Shown here piece by piece: positions 40,797 to 50,370 of a stretch of DNA of 64,000 bases. Positions within the stretch are counted from its first letter, which is position 1; each line of letters starts with the position of its first letter. Source of the DNA: Chloroflexota bacterium (lineage in GTDB: Bacteria > Chloroflexota > Dehalococcoidia > Lucifugimonadales > JADFKI01); assembly GCA_027623195.1 (NCBI GenBank), contig JAQBUT010000012.1, positions 23,582 through 87,581 of the forward strand. The letters are read 5' to 3'. The notes under the pieces are model-generated. The model had not been told where the DNA came from and did no database searches. It saw only the letters and a list, made by a program, of their open reading frames with translations. Both the position numbers and the translations under genes were made by a program.

Positions 40797-42179
40797 ATGG
40801 CAGATGGCCTAGGAACTCCCAATAAACCTGTACCTTCACCGGCTACCGCCGGGAATGGTATTCGGACGCCAGATGATGTTCTCGATACCTCCGAATCCCT
40901 GGAGTCTCCTCCTCCGCGCATCTACCCCACCCTCGGCGTAGCCGTGAAGTCTTCTTCCCTTGCAAAGAGCCTGCGCACCACATTTGCCTCCCTGGACAAT
41001 CGCCACTTTCTACTTCTGTGGCTTGGCATGTTGTTTCTAATGGCCGCCACCCAGATGCAGATGCTTTCCCGCATCTATCTTGTGTACGACCTCACAGGCT
41101 CGGGAACCATATTGGGATACGTCAGCCTGGGAATTGCAGTGCCCTTGTTGTTGATTCCCCTGTTCGGCGGCGCGATAGCGGATAGGCTGGACCGAAAGCT
41201 GATTATTCAAGGTGGACAGGCGGTGGTGGCTCTCCTGGCACTGGGAGTGGGGTTGCTGATCAACCTGGAGCTCATATCGTGGCATTTCCTATTTGTGTCT
41301 TCCATGATTCAAGGCGGTGCGTTCGCCATTATGATGCCTGCCCGTCAGTCGATCATTCCAAGCCTGGTCGGTCGGGAAAATTTGGGGAATGCAATGGCGT
41401 TGAACGCCGCAGGCATGAGCGCAATGACCATGGCGGCTCCCGCATTGGCGGGTTGGCTTTACGCCAACATGGGACCATGGAACGTCTATTACGTCATCGC
41501 GGCGTTGGCATCTGGGTCCCTGGTTCTTACGAGTTTTATTCCGAATCCGGAAAAGAACAGCCGGGAATCGATGGATCTGAAGGGAATGTTCAGGGACATT
41601 GGGGATGGCATTCGATACATCACAAGTCAGCGTATATTGCTGGTGCTTCTTCTTGTGGGATTAGTCACCACGATGTTGGCGATGCCGTTCCGTTTTCTCA
41701 TGCCGGTGTTTGTGGTGGATATATACAGGCAGGGGCCGCAAGCCATGGGCCTGCTGATGGGAATGATGGGCGTCGGTGCCTTGGCAGGTGCCCTGTATGT
41801 AGCGTCCGTGGGCCGGGGGAAAAGGGGTGGCCTTCTAATCTTATCGAGTTTCCTGTCGGCTGCTGGGCTAATTCTGGTGGCGACAGTACCGATATACTCG
41901 TTCGGCATAATTTTCATGCTGCTGCTAGGTCTGGGCGATGCAGGCCGTATGTCGCTGAACCAAGCGTTGCTAATGGAGATTGCCGACGATGCTTACAGGG
42001 GCAGGGTAATGAGTATATTCATGCTGAACTTTGGCCTGATGCCTCTAGGCGTCTATCCCGCTGGCGTCTTGTCCGATTTACTGGGAGGCAAGACCGTGGT
42101 TGGCATGATGGGCGCGATGTTGCTGATTATTACGGCAGTCATTCTCATAACCCAGCACCAACTGCGCCGTCTGCCCTGA
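40797..42179 (+). CDS. MFS transporter (MFS_3-like)
   Basis: About 12 TM, GAIADRLDRK motif A, YRGRVMSI. Confidence 0.92.
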   Translation: MADGLGTPNKPVPSPATAGNGIRTPDDVLDTSESLESPPPRIYPTLGVAVKSSSLAKSLRTTFASLDNRHFLLLWLGMLFLMAATQMQMLSRIYLVYDLTGSGTILGYVSLGIAVPLLLIPLFGGAIADRLDRKLIIQGGQAVVALLALGVGLLINLELISWHFLFVSSMIQGGAFAIMMPARQSIIPSLVGRENLGNAMALNAAGMSAMTMAAPALAGWLYANMGPWNVYYVIAALASGSLVLTSFIPNPEKNSRESMDLKGMFRDIGDGIRYITSQRILLVLLLVGLVTTMLAMPFRFLMPVFVVDIYRQGPQAMGLLMGMMGVGALAGALYVASVGRGKRGGLLILSSFLSAAGLILVATVPIYSFGIIFMLLLGLGDAGRMSLNQALLMEIADDAYRGRVMSIFMLNFGLMPLGVYPAGVLSDLLGGKTVVGMMGAMLLIITAVILITQHQLRRLP

Positions 42180-42182
42180 CAT

Positions 42183-42235
42183 TCTTGGATAAAGGGCACT
42201 TGCCCATGGACATGGCAAATGCCCTTTATCCAAGA
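42183..42235. repeat. Long inverted repeat between convergent genes (likely bidirectional terminator)
   Basis: TCTTGGATAAAGGGCA.TTGCC / GGCAA.TGCCCTTTATCCAAGA, about 22-bp arms. Confidence 0.75.
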
Positions 42236-42236
42236 G

Positions 42237-42959
42237 CTAAGGCTTGGGGCTCTCCATCAGCATTGTTACGCCCATGTCTATGTACTTGCTTCTTAGATTA
42301 AAGTCGTAGCTCCTGAAGTTGATGCGGGTGGTGGTGCCCTCTAGCTGTTTCAGGGCGTGGCGCACGCAGTCATCGACGGTCTGCAAGGGGTGGTGCGGAT
42401 GAGCCTCGATGTCGTACAACAGGTCGTTGGGTCCCCACGTCAGGCAGTCGACTCCGGCCTTGGCCAGTTGGCGGGCGTTGCTAACTGCCTGGAGCGACTC
42501 CATCTGCATACAGAGCCAACCGTGGTTGTTCCACCAGTCGGCGTAGCCCAGCCGGTCGCCGTTGGTGGCGATCTGCCAGCGGGCGCTTCCGCCCCAACTG
42601 CGCTTTCCCAGCTGCGGGTAGTAGAAGTAATTGATGGCTTCGTCCACCGTGGCGTGCTCTTCGACCTGAGGCACCTCAATACCTGCCGGGCCCAGGTCCA
42701 GGATGTTGCCGATCAGGTATGTGTGACGGGTGTGCTTGATGCGGAACTGCACCGGGATGTCTAACTCAGCGGCGTAACCACAGAACTGCACCAGCGTCTC
42801 CTCGTTGTAGGCTGAGTGCTGGCTGTCGGTGTTGATGAAGGCGTAGTCGTCCTTGCCGAGGATATCCTCCATCTGACTTTTTGTCGCGTTAGGGGGCGCT
42901 GAAACGCCGATGAGGATATCGCCGTTACGTATTCGCTCTTTGAAATCTGTCCTGGCCAT
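42237..42959 (-). CDS. HpcH/HpaI aldolase-family protein (divergent)
   Basis: DSQH, LDLGPAG, QMES, WGPNDL. Confidence 0.8.
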   Translation of the reverse strand: MARTDFKERIRNGDILIGVSAPPNATKSQMEDILGKDDYAFINTDSQHSAYNEETLVQFCGYAAELDIPVQFRIKHTRHTYLIGNILDLGPAGIEVPQVEEHATVDEAINYFYYPQLGKRSWGGSARWQIATNGDRLGYADWWNNHGWLCMQMESLQAVSNARQLAKAGVDCLTWGPNDLLYDIEAHPHHPLQTVDDCVRHALKQLEGTTTRINFRSYDFNLRSKYIDMGVTMLMESPKP

Positions 42960-43020
42960 TTGTTTTGCCTCCCGTTTGATATTGGCGTTCGTATGTTGTG
43001 GCTTAGCGGACTGACCACAT

Positions 43021-43042
43021 CCCTTCGACAAGCTCAGGGCAG
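43021..43042. repeat. CCCTTCGACAAGCTCAGGGC palindromic repeat element
   Basis: Matches both arms of the element at 50067-50130 (1 mismatch to the reverse complement of GAGCCTGTCGAA). Confidence 0.6.
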
Positions 43043-43085
43043 TGCCTGCCATGCCTGCGAGGGAGAGTTAGAGACGGGGTTTTGG

Positions 43086-43844
43086 TCAAATCACCTCTTT
43101 GGGCATGAAAAATTCGTATTGCTCTTCGTCGCCGTAACCAGGGATAAAGGACGGTACGATGCCCGGTGATTCCATGGCGGCTCGAACGATGGTCTTGTTG
43201 AAGATGCTGACCCCGTCGTCGTTCAGAAAGTCGTCCACCGGCATCCAAAGGGCCTCGGCCAACTCCTCCTCTTGCATTGTAATATCCTTGCTGATAGGGG
43301 AGAGGCGGGACACGAAGTAAATGTCGGACTTGTCGTAGCGGTAGCCGTGCCAGTGTCGGAAACATACCAGCGCCTCGAATTTGGTCATTACGCCGGTCTC
43401 TTCCAGAACCTCTCGCATGACGCCGTCGGCCAGGTGCTCACCGGGCATCAGAGCGCCGCCTGGTAGTTTATAGGCTGGCCCCCGGCTTCGGCGATGGCGC
43501 TCGGATACGACCAGAAGTTCGCGTTCCTCCGAAAGAACCACTCCGCCTGCGCCGATGTAGTGGGACGCGTATGGCGGAACGTAAGCGCCGTGCATGATCT
43601 GCTTTGTCATCATGACGTAGGTTTCGGCGGCATGGTGGTATACGAAGCCCGCCTCCACAGCCACCGGTACAAGCGCAGCCCTGGGCGTTGGGATTTCCAG
43701 CCAAGCCACCTTGTGGAGCTCTTCTCGCCAGGCTTCCAGAGAGTGGTAAAGCTCCCGGCGGAACTGTTCAGGGTCTTCCGGCAGCGCGTGATGATTGATT
43801 ATGACGCCGCCGAACGGGTTTGTGTTGAAGTCAATTACATCCAT
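43086..43844 (-). CDS. NUDIX hydrolase with N-terminal pre-Nudix domain (NUDT6-like)
   Basis: GFVYHHA N-domain, PGG..PGEHLADGVMREVLEETG Nudix box, KSDIYF. Confidence 0.88.
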   Translation of the reverse strand: MDVIDFNTNPFGGVIINHHALPEDPEQFRRELYHSLEAWREELHKVAWLEIPTPRAALVPVAVEAGFVYHHAAETYVMMTKQIMHGAYVPPYASHYIGAGGVVLSEERELLVVSERHRRSRGPAYKLPGGALMPGEHLADGVMREVLEETGVMTKFEALVCFRHWHGYRYDKSDIYFVSRLSPISKDITMQEEELAEALWMPVDDFLNDDGVSIFNKTIVRAAMESPGIVPSFIPGYGDEEQYEFFMPKEVI

Positions 43845-43906
43845 ACGTTCCTCAGATATTCAAAAAAGAGTTCAAGCTCGATGGCCGAGTGGAATGAACC
43901 TTTTGG

Positions 43907-45049
43907 TTAGCGATTTGCAAATGCGGGCATGACGTCGGCGGCGAACTTGCGAAGCTGGTCCATGAACTCCTCACGAGGCATGCCTTCGGCCCAGTGCAGA
44001 ATGATGTGCTCCAGCCCGGGATACTTCTCCTCTAGCTCGCGCAGGAAGTCGATGAACTCCTGCGGTGTGCCGCAAATCCATGCCTTCTGCTGAACCCCGT
44101 CTTCGATGTGCGGGGTGCGGGCCGGTGCGCCAGGCGTACCCCATGAGCGGCCCTCCTCGTCTGCATAGCGAACGAAACCGAAGGGCGCGAACCACTTGTA
44201 TCGCTCGTCGTGGTAAGGCCGAAGCTTGTCCATGGCCTCCTGCTGACTGTCGGCCAGGTAGAACCCAAGCTCCAACGCCAGGTCTTCGCCAGGTATAAGA
44301 TTTCGACCGTGACGAGCGCAGGCCTGTTGGTACTGCTCGAATACTTCGGTTACCAGCTTTTCGCCTGTCAGGCCCACCACGCCCTTAATTCCATTTTTCG
44401 CGATGAACTCTATGGTCCTACCGCTAACGATGGGCTGCCAAACTTCCACAGGAAGGTTCTTAGGCCTGGGGACCAGTGTGATTTCCTTTACGTCGTAGCC
44501 TCGGAACTCAACCTCCGCAGGGATGGTGAAGTGCTTTCCCTTGTGTGAAAAGGACTCCTGATTGAACGCTTTGAAGATGATCTCCATCTGCTCTTCGAAG
44601 TACTCGCGGTTGGCGTCGTTGTCGATGAGTGGGGCACCTAGTGTTTCTACCTCGCGGCTCTGGTAGCCCCGGCCCACGCCGAAGATGACGCGGCCGTCCG
44701 TGAGGATGTCGGCCATTGCGAAGTCCTCGGCCAGACGCACCGGATTCCATGCCGGGACCACGTTGAATGCGGCGCCAATCTTCAGATGGGTCGTCTTGGA
44801 GGCCAGGTGGACCCCCATCATCATCAGGTTCGGTATGGTCTCGTAACCTTCACGTTGGAAGTGGTGCTCCGCCATCCAAAGCGCATAAAAGCCGAGCTCG
44901 TCCATGAGTTGGGCTACGCGAGTTGCAGTGTCCAGGCTTTCCATAACCCGTTCGTTGGAGTAGTTTCGGTCGTTGGCTGGAGTGCCGTCGAGACCTACGT
45001 TATCAAGGTCGATGTTGCCGACATAAAGCACTGAGAAGTCTTTAATCAT
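43907..45049 (-). CDS. Luciferase-like (LLM class) flavin-dependent oxidoreductase
   Basis: WMAEHHFQREG, WNPVRLAED, GVGRGY. Paralog of 31997-33181. Confidence 0.93.
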   Translation of the reverse strand: MIKDFSVLYVGNIDLDNVGLDGTPANDRNYSNERVMESLDTATRVAQLMDELGFYALWMAEHHFQREGYETIPNLMMMGVHLASKTTHLKIGAAFNVVPAWNPVRLAEDFAMADILTDGRVIFGVGRGYQSREVETLGAPLIDNDANREYFEEQMEIIFKAFNQESFSHKGKHFTIPAEVEFRGYDVKEITLVPRPKNLPVEVWQPIVSGRTIEFIAKNGIKGVVGLTGEKLVTEVFEQYQQACARHGRNLIPGEDLALELGFYLADSQQEAMDKLRPYHDERYKWFAPFGFVRYADEEGRSWGTPGAPARTPHIEDGVQQKAWICGTPQEFIDFLRELEEKYPGLEHIILHWAEGMPREEFMDQLRKFAADVMPAFANR

Positions 45050-45180
45050 GCGGAGGGCGTCTCCTTGTCTTCAAAACATAAGTACGCGGCCTGAAAAATC
45101 AATCGCCATTATACCTACAATCGAAGTTTTTGCGTAAACCGGCGCGGGAATGGCCGCGTGGCAGTAAAGAACTGAAGGCG

Positions 45181-45219
45181 AAATGAAAGAAGCCGACTCG
45201 CCATAGCGAGTCGGCTTCT
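45181..45219 (-). terminator. Terminator after the spondin-domain gene
   Basis: AGAAGCCGACTCGC-CATA-GCGAGTCGGCTTCT with a U-rich tail on the minus strand. Confidence 0.8.
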
Positions 45220-45240
45220 GATGCATGAACCGGGGTAGAG

Positions 45241-45939
45241 TTAGCGAACTACTCGTTTGACCTCTACCAGAGCAACGGGGCTATTCCAGTCATACGTTGC
45301 GGGCTCCAGGTCGGCTATGCCGTGTATGCCGGAGTGGATATACACGTAGCCTTCGGCATTTGCCGTGTCGCGGACGTGCGGGTTACCACAAGCAGGACCA
45401 GGTATGAAGGCGCAATCTTCGTTGTTGGCTTCGCTGCCAGCGTCATAAGCAGGAACCCATATCATGCGGTCGCCTCTGACCAGGTCGTGTCCGCGTACCG
45501 CCGTAAAGGCGTCGTTGGTGTTGACCAGCATGCCGACGAGGGAGAAGAATAGGGCCTTGCCCTTGGCCTCCACTGTGACGGACGCCGTCTCACCGGGAAG
45601 GATGGGGCCATTGACTCCGAATATTGTCTCCAGGGAGTTAACGTCGTCGTTGGTGGCCGGGTCCAAAAGGGAACTCAGGCCGGTGGAATCGGCGTCTTCG
45701 GCCACTGCGGCCAACTCGGGGGTGGCAGCTTCGCCTGGTGTGAACAGGGCATCAAGGTTGCGGGTATGGGTGGCCACCGTTACGGGTGAGAGTGGCTGAT
45801 TTTTGGTGAGGTTTGTGATCGATATCTCGTACTTGATGCCGTCGGAATCACCGCTGTGGGGAGATGCTCCCACACCGCCCACCGATAGAGCGGCTAGCGC
45901 CGCTCCGCCAATGATCATAGCTGCTACTTTACTCTTCAC
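45241..45939 (-). CDS. Secreted spondin (Spondin_N) domain protein
   Basis: Signal peptide, ITNLT..QPLSP, AED, MLVNTNDAF, YDAGSEAN. Confidence 0.85.
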   Translation of the reverse strand: MKSKVAAMIIGGAALAALSVGGVGASPHSGDSDGIKYEISITNLTKNQPLSPVTVATHTRNLDALFTPGEAATPELAAVAEDADSTGLSSLLDPATNDDVNSLETIFGVNGPILPGETASVTVEAKGKALFFSLVGMLVNTNDAFTAVRGHDLVRGDRMIWVPAYDAGSEANNEDCAFIPGPACGNPHVRDTANAEGYVYIHSGIHGIADLEPATYDWNSPVALVEVKRVVR

Positions 45940-46002
45940 TTTTTAGTTCTCCTTACCGGAATATTCTGATAATTCCAGATTAGAGGTGAAATATTAAGCC
46001 AG

Positions 46003-46030
46003 CCTTACGAATGTGAACAGGAGATTACGA
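46003..46030 (-). promoter_or_regulatory. Candidate response-regulator site upstream of the spondin gene
   Basis: CCTTACGAA at 46003 and TTACGA at 46025; the same layout occurs at 48257/48279. Confidence 0.55.
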
Positions 46031-46108
46031 TTGGTTTTTTTGGTTACCGTTGGAGGTGAAGCAGGGGATAGTGAGGTGCTCAATTGGACGGAGAGGTTAG
46101 GACGCCCC

Positions 46109-47368
46109 TTACCCTGTTGAGGCTTTGGGTAGGCTGAAGCTGAAGCGACTGCCAGCGCCCGGTTGGCTGTCTACCCAGATGCGGCCGCCGTGGGCCTCGA
46201 CGATGCCTTTGGCGATGGCCAGTCCAAGACCTGCGCCCCCGAACTCGCGCGAGCGGGACTTTTCGCCACGGTAGAACCTGTCGAAGACCTTGTTCACGTC
46301 GTCCTCAACGATCCCCTGGCCGGAGTCCACGACGTTTATCTGTACTTCTTCGCCCAGGTCTTGCGCCTCCACCGAAATTGTCCCGTCGGCTGGTGTGTGT
46401 CGAATGGCGTTTTGCACCAGGTTGTACAGCACACGCTGAATCTGGTGGGGATCAGCCATCACTGGCTCGAGACTGCCATTCAAAGAATGACTTAGCTTCA
46501 GAACCTGGGCCTCGGCCTGCGCCTTCATGCTATCCAGAACGGAACTGAGCATCTCCTCGACGGAACTGGGTTGTAGATGCAGGTCCAGGGTCCCGGAGTC
46601 CAGACGCGAAAGCTCGAACAGGTCGTCTATAAGCTTGGAGAGGTGTTCTACCTCTGAGCGTATGTTGGAGCAGTAGTTGCGGATGGTCAGTTCATCGGAT
46701 ACGACGCCGTCGCTGATGGCCTCTACCATGGCGCGCATGGAAGCCAGCGGCGTTCGCAGATCGTGGGACACCGAGGCTATCAGGTCCTTGCGCGCCTGTT
46801 CCAGTTCACGTTGGCGTCGGAACGCCTGCTCTAGTTCCTCGGCCATGGTGTTCATCACGCGGGCCAGTTCTCCAACCTCATCGTCAGAGCTAGCCTCTAG
46901 CCTGGTGGTCAGATCGCCTTCGGCTAAATTCTGTGCGCCCAAGGCCAGCCCTTCTATCGACAATGTGATGCTTCTGGCGACCACGTAGGCGAACATAAGG
47001 GATACGACGAGGGAAAACAGCAGCAGCACGGTCAGGAGGGCAAGGTCGTGCGGGGAAAGGAACATCAGCAGGGCCGTAACAATGATGTTGACCAGGGCCA
47101 CTACGCTTCCGACAACGCCTGCCAGCACTACCTTGCCGCGTATCCCCAGGCGACTTCTGAGGCCTAGCTGCGATGCGCCAAAGCCTAGGGCCAATGAAAT
47201 GGCCCCCGATATCAGCAGGTAAAGCGCGATATACGCCACATCTTTGCCTGGCATTCCGAACGCCAGGAAGGCGACGGCCATGGCAACGGCTAGCGCGCAG
47301 ACGAGTCCTGCCAATGCCAGCCCTGAATTTTTGGCTGTAGCTATCTGCCCCAATTTATTCTCCTGCAA
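46109..47368 (-). CDS. Membrane sensor histidine kinase (4 TM, HAMP, HisKA, HATPase)
   Basis: MFLSPHD, SHDLRTPL, NLVQNAIRH, GAGLGLAIA. Confidence 0.93.
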   Translation of the reverse strand: MQENKLGQIATAKNSGLALAGLVCALAVAMAVAFLAFGMPGKDVAYIALYLLISGAISLALGFGASQLGLRSRLGIRGKVVLAGVVGSVVALVNIIVTALLMFLSPHDLALLTVLLLFSLVVSLMFAYVVARSITLSIEGLALGAQNLAEGDLTTRLEASSDDEVGELARVMNTMAEELEQAFRRQRELEQARKDLIASVSHDLRTPLASMRAMVEAISDGVVSDELTIRNYCSNIRSEVEHLSKLIDDLFELSRLDSGTLDLHLQPSSVEEMLSSVLDSMKAQAEAQVLKLSHSLNGSLEPVMADPHQIQRVLYNLVQNAIRHTPADGTISVEAQDLGEEVQINVVDSGQGIVEDDVNKVFDRFYRGEKSRSREFGGAGLGLAIAKGIVEAHGGRIWVDSQPGAGSRFSFSLPKASTG

Positions 47369-47393
47369 AGACCAGTGCCTTCCAAGGCCGTAA

Positions 47394-47420
47394 TGCGCTG
47401 CCTTGCGCTGCCTTGCGCTG
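47394..47420. repeat. 10-bp tandem repeat (TGCGCTGCCT x2.7) between regulator and kinase
   Basis: TGCGCTGCCT TGCGCTGCCT TGCGCTG. Confidence 0.8.
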
Positions 47421-47470
47421 TTTATGGATTGAGCGAAAGGTGGTTAGGTGGTCCGCCGTACGAACGAAGA

Positions 47471-48181
47471 TTAAAGGAACTTGTATCCAACGCCCCATAC
47501 TGTCTGAATGAAGCGAGGCCGAGCGGGGTCTCGTTCGATTTTCTCCCTTAAGCGTCGGATATGCACTGTTACGGTGCTGGTGTCGCCGGCGTAAAGGTAA
47601 TCCCAAACGTCGTTGAGAAGCTGCTCTCGGCTGAATACCTGCTTGGGGTGCTGCGCCAAGTAAAGCAGAACGTCGAACTCCTTGGCGGTCAATTCAACGT
47701 CATTGCCTGCAGCAACCACCTGCCGCGTGAGTGGATTGATGGATAAGTCCTCGAACCGCAATGTCTCGCCCTCATATGGCGCGGGCACTGCCGCCGTTCG
47801 TCTCAGCACGGCCTTCACTCTGGCAACAAGCTCCCTGGGACTGAAGGGTTTCGTCAGGTAGTCGTCAGCGCCCAGGCTAAGACCTAGCAGACGGTCCATC
47901 TCCTCGCCTTTGGCAGTTAGCATAATTAGGGGAACATCGCCTAGCGCTCGCAGTCGTCTGCAGACCTCGAGCCCGTCTACTTTCGGAAGCATCAGGTCTA
48001 GCACCACCAGGTCTGGGTAGCTTTCGGCGGCCTGGTCCAGAGCAGCCTGGCCATCCATGGCCACGGCAACATCGTAGCCGTCACCTCGCAAGTAGCGGGC
48101 GACCACGTCGGATATGGTGGGGTCGTCATCCACCACCAGGATGCGTTGTGTTGCCGTTTCGGTCATCATCGTATCCTGCAC
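47471..48181 (-). CDS. OmpR-family response regulator
   Basis: VVDDD, LDLMLP, KPFSPREL, TVTVHIRRLREK, TVWGVGYKF. Confidence 0.95.
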   Translation of the reverse strand: MQDTMMTETATQRILVVDDDPTISDVVARYLRGDGYDVAVAMDGQAALDQAAESYPDLVVLDLMLPKVDGLEVCRRLRALGDVPLIMLTAKGEEMDRLLGLSLGADDYLTKPFSPRELVARVKAVLRRTAAVPAPYEGETLRFEDLSINPLTRQVVAAGNDVELTAKEFDVLLYLAQHPKQVFSREQLLNDVWDYLYAGDTSTVTVHIRRLREKIERDPARPRFIQTVWGVGYKFL

Positions 48182-48256
48182 TTCGATTCACCTAAATTAT
48201 AAGTGAGGTTCCTGAAATTTATTATCGCCCAGGAGAAAAGGAAATCGTGTGCATTT

Positions 48257-48284
48257 CCTTACGAAAGGATTACAAGGGTTACGG
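48257..48284 (-). promoter_or_regulatory. Candidate autoregulatory site upstream of the response regulator
   Basis: TTACGA (48259), TTACAA (48270) and TTACGG (48279) direct repeats. Confidence 0.55.
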
Positions 48285-48361
48285 GGATGCTGGAACTGAA
48301 GCTCGCTGACATAAGAGGGCCGGGGAATCACACGAGAAGAGATGAGTGGAGGGAAACTGTC

Positions 48362-48883
48362 TTAGGTCGCGGACCAGCCCAGGTCGCGGGACTTCATGTA
48401 GTCCCGATAGCTGGCATCGTGCATGCCTACCATTGCGTAGAAAATGCCCCTATGGCGGTAAGCGCTCCAAAATTCGGGGTCAAGTTCAATGGCACGGGTC
48501 ATGTCTGCGATCGCGTCTTCCAGCATTTCCAGCTCGGAGTAAGCGAGGCTTCTGTTGTGATAGGCGTCCCTGTATTGCGGGTCCAATTCCAGGGCCCGAG
48601 TGATATCGCGGACCGCGCTTTCGGGGTCGCCCGTGCACAAGTATGCGATGCCTCTATTGTTATGGGCCATGATATTTTCAGGGTCCAGGCTGATGACCCT
48701 GGTCATGTCCTCTTTCGTGCTTTCGTAGTCGGCGAGATTAGAGTGGGCGTTTCCTCGACGGAATAGGGCGGCGGCGTTGTCGGGGTCGTCACGCAGGGTT
48801 TCCGTCGTCTCCTTTATGATCAGCCGCAGTTGTTCGGGGTCGCGGGAGCCGCCAGTAATCGGTTGTGGCCTGTCGAGATTCAA
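48362..48883 (-). CDS. Tetratricopeptide repeat protein
   Basis: Four AxxxRG/S..D..RAxxLDP repeats. Confidence 0.9.
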   Translation of the reverse strand: MNLDRPQPITGGSRDPEQLRLIIKETTETLRDDPDNAAALFRRGNAHSNLADYESTKEDMTRVISLDPENIMAHNNRGIAYLCTGDPESAVRDITRALELDPQYRDAYHNRSLAYSELEMLEDAIADMTRAIELDPEFWSAYRHRGIFYAMVGMHDASYRDYMKSRDLGWSAT

Positions 48884-49032
48884 TGTCCTTCGCCTGCCTA
48901 ATTGTTATTAATGTGTCTGGGATTCATACCGAGTTTCCAGTGATTGCCGGGGACGCTTCATATTCTACCAGCCTAACAAAATAGCGTGTCGGCGGGGGTT
49001 GAAGAGTAATGTGCCAGGAAGCCAGGGGCAGG

Positions 49033-49464
49033 CTATCTGAATGTGAATGATCGTATACGGGGGGCCAGAATCAAGACCAGTGAGAGGGCAATTATGGCAC
49101 CTGCGGAATCCAATCCCACGTCGGTTAGTGTGCTGGCCCTTCCGGCAACGAAGCTCTGGTGAACCTCGTCAAGGACGCCGTAACCAATTGCCCAGCCCAG
49201 GGCCACAGACACGGCGAACCGAGTGGAAAGGGATTGATAGGAAACGAGAAGGCGGTACACCAGTACGGAGAGCATGCCGAACTCAACGGGGTGAACAAGG
49301 TACTGGGAGGTTATGATTTTGGAGACAAACATGGGAAGGATTTCGTTACTTTCCTTCACCTGGCCCAGAGTGCTGGAGGTTGTGCTGGACAGCAGAAATA
49401 TTCCGAGCATCCAAAGAAATATTGGCACCCAATAGAAAGCTAACTTCCCGCCATGCGCCCTCAT
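49033..49464 (-). CDS. VanZ-like membrane protein
   Basis: WMLGIFLLSS, H..EFG, YGVLDEVHQSFVAGR. Confidence 0.85.
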   Translation of the reverse strand: MRAHGGKLAFYWVPIFLWMLGIFLLSSTTSSTLGQVKESNEILPMFVSKIITSQYLVHPVEFGMLSVLVYRLLVSYQSLSTRFAVSVALGWAIGYGVLDEVHQSFVAGRASTLTDVGLDSAGAIIALSLVLILAPRIRSFTFR

Positions 49465-50066
49465 ATTATTCGTTGCTTCAGTGTGAAGATGGCCACGCCA
49501 ACCCTGGCCTTTCAATTTTCGCGAACGGTTGGTCTTAGGCACCCGGCGCCTCGTTTAATTCGTGAACTTTGGTCACCTGCGGGTCACAAGGTTTCACTCA
49601 TTCATCCGCCCTTTTGTACACCTTCTCATGATACAAGCTATCCGGGGCAAGAAACCTCCTCCCATTGTTGCCTGTGGGTGTGGCCATGATGCAGCTCACG
49701 CTCCATCTGTTCTCGCAGGCAACAGGCCAGAATACCCACTCGCGAAGGCGATAGAGACGTGCCACGTTTTACTAAATAGGGTTGTTAAGAACTAGGGTCA
49801 TTCTTCAGCCTGGCCCTGAATGTTGACTGGATTGGCGTTGGCCATCTTGGCAGTGATCATGTCGTATCCAGTTCTCGTAGGTCTACACGGGGGGTGGCAT
49901 TTCCTGGTGGCCCGCGATGGTATTCGCTGGCGAATCTTTGTTCCTTTTTTGCACTGCACGACGGGTAGTTGCGAAGCTCGCTTGGCGACTACTGGGCACT
50001 TGTTCTAAGCATTTCCATATTTGCAATTCGGGGCCTTGCACAAAGGGCGCCGATTTCGCGTGATCC

Positions 50067-50130
50067 ATCCTTGGACAGGTTCAGAGGAAGCGGAATTTAA
50101 TACTTACGTTCGTAGGGAGCCTGTCGAACC
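50067..50130. repeat. Degenerate two-armed copy of the TTCGACARGCTC palindromic repeat
   Basis: ATCCTTGGACAGGTTCAG ... CGTTCGTAGGGAGCCTGTCGAACC. Confidence 0.55.
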
Positions 50131-50370
50131 ACGGCCCTATGTAGACTTCTTGTAAAATGCTTCCAAATGGTTATGCATATCGCATAATGAGCGGCTATCT
50201 CCTTGCTTCCAGTTGCCTGGGTAAACGTATAATATCGTGCTTGTATGTTGGCTTCCCGGCCGCACGGGCTTCAGTAGCGAATCAATTTTGTTCACCGCAT
50301 GCCACGAAAAGCGCTGAATAGTGTCTGGCGTCAGGTATGGCGCCTTGATGAATATGGAGGGTTTTTGTTA

